Positions 57,801 to 64,000 of a stretch of DNA of 64,000 nt are shown here, in pieces (position 1 is the first letter of the stretch; each line of letters opens with the position of its first letter). Under the pieces are notes generated by a model, which did not search any database, was not told where the DNA came from, and saw only the letters and a program-made list of their open reading frames with translations. This DNA is from a virus. A program made the position numbers and the translations under genes. Location of the stretch: IMG/VR virus record IMGVR_UViG_3300032116_000067, positions 36,265-100,264 of that record. One strand, given 5' to 3'.

Positions 57801-60800
57801 TGCTTGAGCTGCGACAGGTTGCTGAGCAGGTGCAGCACTTGGTGTACCTATAAAAAACTTTGAAGTTGTAGTGGGAGCCGGTTGAGTTGCTGCTGATTGT
57901 TGTGACTGTACCGGTAAAAAAGTTAGCTCTTGATCTATAAACTTCGGTAATAAGTATTTAGTAAGTATGTTAACAATCTGTAATTCACTTGTGGCTGTTT
58001 TCAACTGTTCTCCGACATCTTTTAAGATTTGAGCCTCAGTAAATTTTGATTGAAACGCTTCGTATCTTTTTTCATCCAGAATTGAAAAAACTTGATTTAT
58101 TAATCCTGTAGTATCAGAAGCAGATAGAATCTGTGTTTTAAGACTGATTAGCGCGGATCTTTTATCGTTAGAACCAGATGTAGCGGCAGGTTGACCAGAC
58201 GGTATAAAGAAAGACATAGCTCCGGCGTTTGCTACAGGAGCCCCGTTAGGTTGTGGAGCTGCGGCAGGTAAACTTACGTTACCTGATTGTACTATTACTT
58301 TAGGAACGATCGGATTGTCCGGATCCTGAAAAGTAAAGTATACGCTCTTAAGCTGAGGAGTCAGATCGTCAGGGCTGTAAGTTGGCGTGTTGGTGTATAC
58401 CACCGGCGTTCCCAACAGACGTTCTTTACCTTTCAGATCTTGTGTACCCAGCAAGTAGTGAACATAGTTCTGATACTCGACCTTGGTGATCTTATTATTG
58501 TTATCAACAATCACCTGGAAGAAAGGATTCTTAGACTTAACCAGCTTGTTGTTAACTTGATGATATAGATTATCAGTCAACATCTGCTTGGCTCCTTCTA
58601 TAGCATCTGCGGTCAGAGCTACGACATTCTCACCCCGGTGTAGCATTCCGGTATCCGGATTGATAAAGAACTTGTTAGCACTAGGGCTTGTGTTCTTTGG
58701 ATCCGTCCAGAATACCAGACCGTTAAGATAGGTCAGAATATCATCCAGATCCCGGGCTTCTTGTTTAGACAACGGAGTGGTCGGAGAATTCTTACGGGCC
58801 AAAAGACCAGAAAGTACTTTCAGAACATTGACAAAGTTGTCTTTCTCAGCCTGGGAAAGCTGACGGTTGAACACACGGAACGTAGTACCATCTGCCTTTT
58901 GCATAACAACCCGGCCAGGTTTCACATCTACAGCAGTATTATCTTTTACAGTAGAGACGATAAGAGAGACCGACTGTCCATCAGGGTGTTCCAAGTTGTT
59001 ATAGTCCATCGTTTCCTCACTGATCAATCTTCCTTCTAAAGGAAGTTCTTGAGGCAAACCATTAGCATCTTTCTCAACATAAACTTGAAGTCCTTTGCTC
59101 TTACCCGTTACCGGAATATAAGCTGGTTTACTGGCAGCAACGTCTGATTTGATCTTTTCACGAAAAGCTTTAAGACGTTTAATGTGATCGAGTATCTCTG
59201 CGTCAGTAACACCTTTTGGTGTAAAACTTCTTTTTACACTGTTAACGGCAGCCTGGGCATCTGTACCAAACATGGTAGCATTACCATGCATGCTGGTATA
59301 GATCAGTGTTTCTTTAGTTGGGTTTTCCTGTACGTTACCATTTACGTCAACGTACTTGAATTCATTACCAACCTTCTTGACAACAACCAGCTTGATGTCA
59401 TCCTCATAAACATCAGTCCTACGAATACCAAACGTATCGTTAGCTGCCGTTACGGGCATCAGGTAGTACTCATCGTTAATAATGTCAGCAGATGCAGACA
59501 GCTTATAGAACATGGCATTGTTATTCTCCATGTTCAGTTGTGTGTCAGCATCATCCATGAAGTGACGCCCGGCCGTAGTAAACAGACCATTGACTGCCAA
59601 CAAAGGCATCTTTGTGTCATAGTTATAAAAACCCTCTTCCTGAGAAACTTCCTGGTCAGCCAGCTTATCTCCCAGCATATTTTTCTGTACAACTTCAGCT
59701 GCACTAGCTTGACGCTGAGCTGTTTGTGCAGAAGTCTCTGCTTGATATTGAGCGGTGAAGCCTTCCTGGATTGCTTTTAAAAACTCAATTCGTTCCTGTA
59801 AAGACGTAACTAGTTGTTTTTGTTCCAGTGCTGTTTGCAAACGAATAAGCTTAGGTGCCAGCTCATCTCTTTTTTGTATCAGGTATTCCAGTTCGGAAAT
59901 AGCTTCCCTATATTGATTAGCTAACTCTGCTGTATATGCTGTATTAATACCTTTACCACTAGCAAGTCCCTTGCGTAGTGCCTTAACTAATTCTTGTTTG
60001 ACAATATCATCAACTGCAGTATCAAGTCGGGTTCCTAAATCAGCACCTTCCGGTGTAACTGTATTCTGACGCTCGAGCATCTTGAGTGCGTTACGCAACT
60101 GTTCTCGGTCAGTAATATTCATGAGAATATCTGCAACATCCTTATAAGCAAGGATCTTACTTAACGTCTTTCGTAACGTGTTGATCTGAGCCTGTAAAAG
60201 ATTTACCCGCTCATCAATCAGACTAATCTCAGCTTCTGTATCACTGATCATACCTGTAAGCTGATCACTATTGAAGCGAGTAGTGATCTGATTCTTTTCT
60301 GCTACAGCCAGTTCTTTTTGTTCTTCGGAATAGATAACACCGCTCTGGTCCCGAAGGAAAGGTTCCCCGGACTCTTCCAGTTCAATGAGACCTTCATAGT
60401 ACAGTTCATTAGTTCTGTTCAGTGCGTCCAGTAAAGTGGTAAGGTCTTCCTTCTCTTTCTGCAGCATAGCCAGCTGCTGTTCTTTTTTACTGATTTCAGC
60501 CGTGAGTTCCTGAGCCATTTTTTCCATGGCTACGTACACCTCACTCTTCGGACCGCTGATATACGGATTCTTCTCCAGGTACTCAGTAGCTTCCTGGAAC
60601 ATCTCTTTAAGATCCTTAAGTTCTTTTTCAAACTTCTCAAACTCCTGATTATTAGCCTCACGACGGGCCTGGGCTTCAGTTAGTTTTGTTTCAGTTTCAG
60701 TAATCAGATTGTTCAGGTACTCTTGTTGTTTCTCGTACTTTTCTTTGATCTTAGCAGCCTGAGCATCTGCTGCCGGTTTTTGATTAGCAAGTATAGCTTC

Positions 60801-63800
60801 CAAGCTTTGCTTGTTAATCACATAAGTCATATCAAAGTCAGAGTACCGCTTCTTCCCTGTAGTAGGATCCAGGTATACAAAGAGCAAGTCCTTCTTGTCC
60901 TTGGTCAGGGCCACCCGACCCTTGACTATTTTAGTTTTATACTTTCCGTTAGCTTTCTTTATAGGCTTACCACTAGCATTACGTTCAAGAACCCTGTACT
61001 CTATAGACTGATTACGTAAACTAATGTAAAGTTTCTGATCATTCGTTAGAGATTCATATTTTTTCCAGTTCTCAGATATTGCTATATCAGCTAGCTCAGC
61101 TGCGGAAATTTCTAAGGTTTCACCATAAGAAGCAATAGTAATTACAGAACCGTCTTCAGAAATACTTACGATCTTAATCTTATCGTTATTAAAAAGAAGA
61201 ACTGGATTCTTCTTTCCGGTAAACTTTACAGACTTATGAAGCTTGCCAATGTACAACTCACCTTCAGTAATATCAACAGACTTGGGATTGTTATTTTTAT
61301 CTACTCCTGTCAGGGTTATAGTACGTCCCAGAACCGGTGCCGCAGCTGTTTGTGTATCAGCCTGAGCTTCTGCAGTTGCCGTTAAGGGGTCAACGACCTC
61401 CTCTTTGAACATCTGCATGAAGTTTCTCTTACCGTTGATTGTATCAGCGTACTTAGCCCACTCAAAACCAAGAGCACGAATATGATTCTGCATCTCACCC
61501 TTAAGCCGTACTTTCTTTTTATACTGATCTGAAATACCCGGCTGATTACGGTTGGGCTTTTCATACTGATAGAACCCATCTTTGTCTTTTTTCAAAGAAG
61601 CTAAAGTAGTCTGATTATTCTTTTCCAGTTCTTCAGTAGCCTGTTTGATTTCTTTCATTACCTCTTCAGCTACCTGTCTGCGAATAGCAGTATCAGGACT
61701 GGTGCCTAAGTCATCAAGTATTTCTTGCTGAGACTTAAGACGCTGATTCAGTTCATTGAGTTGATCTACAAGTCCATCTGACAAAGAAGAGTTTTGGGTA
61801 TTTACCAGTTGGTTCTGTAGCTCAGTGATATAACCCAGGTTTTCTTCCTGGAGCATCTTGTATACCGCTTGGTCAGCTGCAAGTTTAGTTAAGAAGTTTT
61901 TGCGGGCAGTATCTTCTTTGCTTCCGTCTAACAGAATGTCAGAGTTAATCAGCTTGTTCTGGGTAACAATACTGGCCGCGAGCTTCTTGTATCGGTTAAT
62001 CAGTTCTTTAGCATTATCTCCGGCAACAAAACCAAGTTTAGCAAGCTCCTGTGGAGTTGCTTTTTCTATATTAGTAAGCTTGTCTATAACAGTATCTCCA
62101 ATACCTGCGTTGATATGTGCAATAACATAGTCAGCAAAAGCAGTATCCCGAAGCAGCTCCCGTTGGAACCCAGCGTTAAGTTTACCGGCTTCATCTAATG
62201 CTGCATTAACACCAGTATAACCGGTGAGTACTCCTGCAAGTTTGTTTTGATCAACAATAGGTTTGTTGTTCTGATCAAGAACAATCTGTTCGGTCTTAAT
62301 GTCATTACCGTTTTCGTCCTTAGTTATGACTTCTTTAGTACGGTATATGTTACCAAACTTTAACCAGTTGTCCTGGGCGTTATTATATGCAGTAATAGCT
62401 TGGTCAGTCATAGACTGATCCTCTCGTTGTTGAAAGAACGAAGAGGTTCCGCCACCCAACACACCAAGAATACCACCAAGACCAATACTTTCAGCAGCTT
62501 CTTTATCTCTACCGGTCAGTGCATTGATAGTCTGATCAGTAAACTGTGATATGAAATTACCAATCAACCCAAACTCAGCAATCTTTCCTTTATGACCGTA
62601 CTGTTCTGTCACCCGTTGAATAGCCAGCTGAGCGTTCTCTTCTACAAAACCTTCAGAAACAATACCTTCTACCCCACCTTTAAGAAAAGCACCTTTACCA
62701 GAAGACATGAACTTGCTGAACTTTCCAATGGCTTCTTGAGCTACCATTTTGTCTGAAAGACCTGTAGCTCCAGCAACACCGCGGACAGCAGCTTTTTCAG
62801 CACTGTTGAACATTGAACCCAACCACTTGAGCTCTATTGTATTTGTAGCGGCAAGTAAAGATGCGTTCAGAACAAAAGCATCTTGTGCTCCTTGTCCGGC
62901 AATCCTTCTTTTTTCTTCATCTGTGTAAGGGGCTCCGGTTTCTGGATTGATACGCAGACGTCCGGTCTCATCTGTTGTCAAAGAGTTCATGATGCTAGTC
63001 CGGGTACCCGCAGCTTCAAACATAGCTTCAGACCCGGTAGCCAGGGCCCAAGCATTAAACTTGTCTATGCCGGTCTTAAACACACTATTGGCTTTGGTCA
63101 GATAGTTCTGAGCCATAGCAGCACCTTCTATAGATGCTTCTGCTGCTCCTATGCCAAATCGGGCGCGGGACAGACCTTGGGCTATCTTAGTACCCAGGTT
63201 CAGTTTAGACAGTCCTATCCCAGGTACCCAGGCAGATACCAGAAACGCGGCACCATCTACTGCGTCTGTCATCCAGAAGTCACCGTCTGTAAAGAACTTA
63301 TTCCAAAAGCCTTTTTCCCGATCAGCTGATTCCTGGAAAGTAGGTAACCAGTCTTGTTTTGTTTTCTCATCAAGCTGATCAAAAAGAGCAGTGATTCCAT
63401 TATCAGCAGCATTACTAATGATATCCTCGTTCCAGTTACTTGGATTAGCCAGTCCTAACAGAAAACCAGCACCCTGACCAACTTTGGTCACAACACCAAG
63501 GCCGAAACGAGCTACACCTTTTCCAAAGGTTTTGAAGGGACCTTCAGCTTCTCCATAGAGATCATCCATGTCTACCCCATACCGATAGCCGTAGGGCATG
63601 TCTTCGTACTTTCTTGTCTGTTCGCCGGATATAGTACGAGGACGCAAAAAGTCATTATCAGCAAAAGGAGATAGACGAGCTGCATCAGCCTTAGCTGAAT
63701 TGATAACGTCTTGATATGATGGTGCCTTTTTTGTAGGGGGATCAATAGGTTGACCCTGACCACCAAGAGGATCGGCAGCTTGTTGCTGCATGCCTTCTTG

Positions 63801-63893
63801 AGTATCAGCACCTGATTGCAAACCTAAGTTATCTTCTAAGCCTTGGGGAAGACCAAAGTTATCCAAACCTTGCTCAAAAAGGTTTTCTGTCAT
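48897..63893 (-). CDS. giant virion-associated RNA polymerase polyprotein, crAss-like vRNAP
   Basis: RIPTQG and GSDFDIDKL (DFDID at 52674-52688); zincin-like FHEAFE; Gly-rich hydrophobic N-terminal segments; 4998 aa uninterrupted. Confidence 0.9.
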   Translation of the reverse strand: MTENLFEQGLDNFGLPQGLEDNLGLQSGADTQEGMQQQAADPLGGQGQPIDPPTKKAPSYQDVINSAKADAARLSPFADNDFLRPRTISGEQTRKYEDMPYGYRYGVDMDDLYGEAEGPFKTFGKGVARFGLGVVTKVGQGAGFLLGLANPSNWNEDIISNAADNGITALFDQLDEKTKQDWLPTFQESADREKGFWNKFFTDGDFWMTDAVDGAAFLVSAWVPGIGLSKLNLGTKIAQGLSRARFGIGAAEASIEGAAMAQNYLTKANSVFKTGIDKFNAWALATGSEAMFEAAGTRTSIMNSLTTDETGRLRINPETGAPYTDEEKRRIAGQGAQDAFVLNASLLAATNTIELKWLGSMFNSAEKAAVRGVAGATGLSDKMVAQEAIGKFSKFMSSGKGAFLKGGVEGIVSEGFVEENAQLAIQRVTEQYGHKGKIAEFGLIGNFISQFTDQTINALTGRDKEAAESIGLGGILGVLGGGTSSFFQQREDQSMTDQAITAYNNAQDNWLKFGNIYRTKEVITKDENGNDIKTEQIVLDQNNKPIVDQNKLAGVLTGYTGVNAALDEAGKLNAGFQRELLRDTAFADYVIAHINAGIGDTVIDKLTNIEKATPQELAKLGFVAGDNAKELINRYKKLAASIVTQNKLINSDILLDGSKEDTARKNFLTKLAADQAVYKMLQEENLGYITELQNQLVNTQNSSLSDGLVDQLNELNQRLKSQQEILDDLGTSPDTAIRRQVAEEVMKEIKQATEELEKNNQTTLASLKKDKDGFYQYEKPNRNQPGISDQYKKKVRLKGEMQNHIRALGFEWAKYADTINGKRNFMQMFKEEVVDPLTATAEAQADTQTAAAPVLGRTITLTGVDKNNNPKSVDITEGELYIGKLHKSVKFTGKKNPVLLFNNDKIKIVSISEDGSVITIASYGETLEISAAELADIAISENWKKYESLTNDQKLYISLRNQSIEYRVLERNASGKPIKKANGKYKTKIVKGRVALTKDKKDLLFVYLDPTTGKKRYSDFDMTYVINKQSLEAILANQKPAADAQAAKIKEKYEKQQEYLNNLITETETKLTEAQARREANNQEFEKFEKELKDLKEMFQEATEYLEKNPYISGPKSEVYVAMEKMAQELTAEISKKEQQLAMLQKEKEDLTTLLDALNRTNELYYEGLIELEESGEPFLRDQSGVIYSEEQKELAVAEKNQITTRFNSDQLTGMISDTEAEISLIDERVNLLQAQINTLRKTLSKILAYKDVADILMNITDREQLRNALKMLERQNTVTPEGADLGTRLDTAVDDIVKQELVKALRKGLASGKGINTAYTAELANQYREAISELEYLIQKRDELAPKLIRLQTALEQKQLVTSLQERIEFLKAIQEGFTAQYQAETSAQTAQRQASAAEVVQKNMLGDKLADQEVSQEEGFYNYDTKMPLLAVNGLFTTAGRHFMDDADTQLNMENNNAMFYKLSASADIINDEYYLMPVTAANDTFGIRRTDVYEDDIKLVVVKKVGNEFKYVDVNGNVQENPTKETLIYTSMHGNATMFGTDAQAAVNSVKRSFTPKGVTDAEILDHIKRLKAFREKIKSDVAASKPAYIPVTGKSKGLQVYVEKDANGLPQELPLEGRLISEETMDYNNLEHPDGQSVSLIVSTVKDNTAVDVKPGRVVMQKADGTTFRVFNRQLSQAEKDNFVNVLKVLSGLLARKNSPTTPLSKQEARDLDDILTYLNGLVFWTDPKNTSPSANKFFINPDTGMLHRGENVVALTADAIEGAKQMLTDNLYHQVNNKLVKSKNPFFQVIVDNNNKITKVEYQNYVHYLLGTQDLKGKERLLGTPVVYTNTPTYSPDDLTPQLKSVYFTFQDPDNPIVPKVIVQSGNVSLPAAAPQPNGAPVANAGAMSFFIPSGQPAATSGSNDKRSALISLKTQILSASDTTGLINQVFSILDEKRYEAFQSKFTEAQILKDVGEQLKTATSELQIVNILTKYLLPKFIDQELTFLPVQSQQSAATQPAPTTTSKFFIGTPSAAPAQQPVAAQAQAAPVAQNPFFIPSTPVQQPPQPAQPAAPAGLNFFIPSGGQPQAPVQDPPVTANPFAMPGQVAPPPAPVAPTTQTAAPQTSSLIDKILSDQYQQSLPSISAPDDKVNNVYRLALDTVKKNEDFKKLSAWFSKKLPQIPLEKVAQMIDGIAWGAFKDGAVYLAENAEEGTGFHEAFEAVWGSYLTVEEQVELAKAFRSLKGEFTNPFTKETKPYSQASMYDVREMLAEGMRDYMLERSTYGGKILAFFKELWEAIQAWFGLSNKSEAEKLINDVYKSINKGKYANAKTVRDVKAMGTVYAQAIPGTTQEFSTQFTEGLTGFFFMNLYKSQKNIDSLIDKGAKTNQLLRELFVQSMEDMKQYLIGSSSIFAERYVNPVRAQLGRELTQEELTYVYTQYLNQNRNAHQIEQAFAYPKEIYNNLKTSLKKFGLQFKESTNQDDEEFVSKKEDSVTDALGIRDSIFIDPRRLTAVNFRMLIGSLTSDAYNEVAKSDNNPMGIVFEKNNLGLPKMVDFDDVHNLLINELNGSASRIEGGRFIDALTDMFNKLDQKYKLPNGRYKPGYVWIQRLKNRVKYAGAEGAYFNSAKITADDISLMIGFEKSLMNKQNLPVKTIIGENGYIFDTDPIQTNSQVKIREQWENNVMTTVQPLSRKSPETLLGVADNGLIVIDRESHVYKGNPANTSKPYFMMGRPTFNQMIEILGQVGVKFSVDNEQLKKHKVVIARSFSAIREKIADGTINTMAELYSPNIVNKAINDLIDIEVEYNAEDNVLMHFTADGKPQYSITLPSNVTYVLNSLNDAKTLADFVTSNPQFGYIDGSGAVVLHPYQSRSLLLRQGGLIFDEDGNKRSNMDLNYHLISGVAQQNSDGTNTADLTYPDRVMQEIHYLLKNIHYTIINSDKSTEFGIGINQSFVSYRDASAEITSPDFQNVIDIYLDQLEDEMDAAIREQQVPSNIQYYSKEVKKLGHYREILGDNLVKEFTDKVLTGEMTKQAFLNKPAVTEAIQLHIMTLTEETLQGLMDLDIIIRVQIGNTSTGSPVYEYSTKAISHELLATLNLTGDKMNQAEIESLMTYLAVNKEIAVTEQHKLIFGHPVIYKDLAKRANGANSTKDAIVDNHEVIKWMDANMPRLDGKSRSADVIQTFKNVSFQDVTALSVFYKDIAEGMYASMREDLSKSAAEARIGVRFDENGKFKSFILDKDKKFTGEIKGYIDLTEQDGQGYIMPDFYRDMLYLSAKFSKEQLRQWEYEKAYEIVSRSQKRKNHPAYKDYSKIYTKEQMEQFKQIVKAGSPGAIMQPLKPQYFGYAKNSSLMQTVFLKHSVQPKFYRHVENTQFENIYLGAQNNQVDIIGYESGQKVGNMLNNKGEFLPIYDNNGQANATVEYDERGNTKSVNFPEDLPVQELYTRYYGIQQEVPGIAKTKVVRGTQVTKLVMTNFKVNGEFTSQRAGELIEEYNDVLVDMIRLGKEELLEELGIQRMEDGSYIVANIKNMIQLLRDELEKRDLPNNLIDAIQPTADGTGLMYKFDTLANRNKIDNILNSIVDSRVISEKMFGKAAVQVASTGFEAGNRTFMYLNKDGIYEEVGDKELTKDEKKTIRATSNDLKFYRNVNGSIQGMEVYLPWFFDGVSPEDMGLKLTNGVYQFVKDKDGNMIIPEWFDSELLKAVGFRIPTQGMNSIENMVIKGFLPQEMGDMMVVPSEIVGKAGSDFDIDKLNIYLSNYYVVGGKIKYLERGLTEEQLTEIAKQMYAEKTRTTVATNQLINTIFGEDAPNDETDFVNEFVHKYEKKSLQNRFKEIMQELVALPENYRQLVVTNGATTLKNMADEMKQLKGKKDAEKSILALRKFVPMAEVRQRYITGKTMVGTAALHTTSHTMAQIAGLKLTGTYDPKRLQYLFPGMRTKDIVIRLKHNKNKEGELYLYAKQDQSGAWISELISEALTGFVDAAKDPFVFELNLNLATADTWFYLQKLGVPVQDIGYMFNQPIIDQYFKEQAKNQSYFKKTNGDNMSNFIMMLKVAAPYMNQIPDLKDTYENVTNLMNQIDNLEKGDYDFRYKNREIMNLRKAIKAIREKTGEILVSIQEENKQVKTEQLRNAIKNYHAEGYKLNEKDARFQLGMLVDYLEYSQQSRFLKQFIKAIGYDNTRTKSIIENELQNSRWNKMTESKFIANPEAILDTFIGEMKSQKEDLPNLFKEFFMSLHPKAQPAFEPLKRQINNPEIEMGVEDQAELINKYQNFFITYIIQTTPYIKNGMQTSLNAQYESLMKGAMSMGKQLKYLRELNDPNISENLVVKELLPILNSDSTQVDNIKLFKNRMDTYKNNVLIESVENLYTYAKATGNTALQNFVENLGTFAILQTGLQEGGLNFNKILPVHLYTRVVNEIMTNFTNSGIAVDPQLVWRQFHQNNWKNSSITPKVKFVKIDKTTNNILISTDYVDAEYDYVARVFVRPDIKGRSNEERKRELLKQKRYNEVYETVIYEKVQSDVDMGDGAVAVFRPIQKLGDGFRFVEVYTDNRPSILPQNHTVDLNTGALQNTHIPENNISITTPGSIVKPVIPQQTEPLVVASAQSKFFIASQPASVTSTSQPAASLAMQPGNIAKIKAGTKTITNRTSKLANGIYTLPDGTQVKLTYQGQADVEYIGDSVLVTTSDTGRTWAGDEFAKAEGFKDWADFQKNQQFSEKFVDGKQSRYIYEVVPVASQQSRSVTSDVAAKQKQVEAIVTAPGYVKESAKKHLPKELFKIRQATQFIGTGGGNDSTTQRMENAYAQVGLANTGNYSSSDLIYVSSNGNRGQRFVNVNNGQLQGAYQNIDKAIAARARFIMDTKAHLDNTSGYNVGEVAMASYLASKEYTREDATGIWSPAGQRAAVNNSDLKDGDVVYDKNGTRFIFRGLRAEGQIGARSPRLEEANGNIVIPGENIQLFKEATQQAPEASQTDDQIRNSAAYKTWAAANANPLMSEQENFEYYKKCNL

Positions 63894-64000
63894 AGGATGT
63901 AGAATAATTAGTTACCGGTTCAAAATCACACTCAATCTTTCTGGAGAGTTTACAAGAACTGTAGCCGTATTTATCGCGTCTAAAGAAGTTTCAAATGTAG

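Noticed and set aside
42698-63811. Numerous + strand ORFs of 60-290 aa opposite the two giant genes
   Set aside because: These are antisense shadows of long coding frames, with atypical composition and no motifs.
1-64000. Genome-wide TAG-to-Gln recoding (code 15)
   Set aside because: Multi-kilobase ORFs are open in the standard code and TAG terminates several genes at sensible positions. Only one suspicious internal TAG was seen.

Overview
This window is 64 kb of a large lytic tailed-phage genome of the crAss-like (Crassvirales-related) type, probably infecting a Bacteroidota host (TAnnTTTG -7 promoter boxes). (1) 1-11.6 kb, + strand: small accessory genes interleaved with several structured non-coding elements. 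Two of these are tRNA-Leu-like scaffolds whose anticodon loop is replaced by unrelated two-hairpin inserts. (2) 11.6-18.6 kb: an SF2 helicase invaded by a GIY-YIG endonuclease that supplies a replacement 5' end, then UDG and a MoxR AAA+/VWA pair. (3) 18.7-21.5 kb, - strand: a lysis module with a GH19 endolysin and membrane proteins. (4) 21.6-42.1 kb, + strand: replication and nucleotide metabolism genes (DnaA-C-domain protein, DnaB-like helicase, AAA ATPase, putative SSB, primase, PD-(D/E)XK nuclease, family B DNA polymerase, dNMP kinase, ThyX, dCTP deaminase, phosphoesterases) plus a repeat-bounded mini-gene cassette array. (5) 42.1-63.9 kb, - strand: two giant putative virion/ejection proteins, a 2262-aa polyvalent protein and a 4998-aa protein containing the crAss-type virion RNA polymerase (DFDID motif). 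All calls come from reading motifs by eye; no database search was run.
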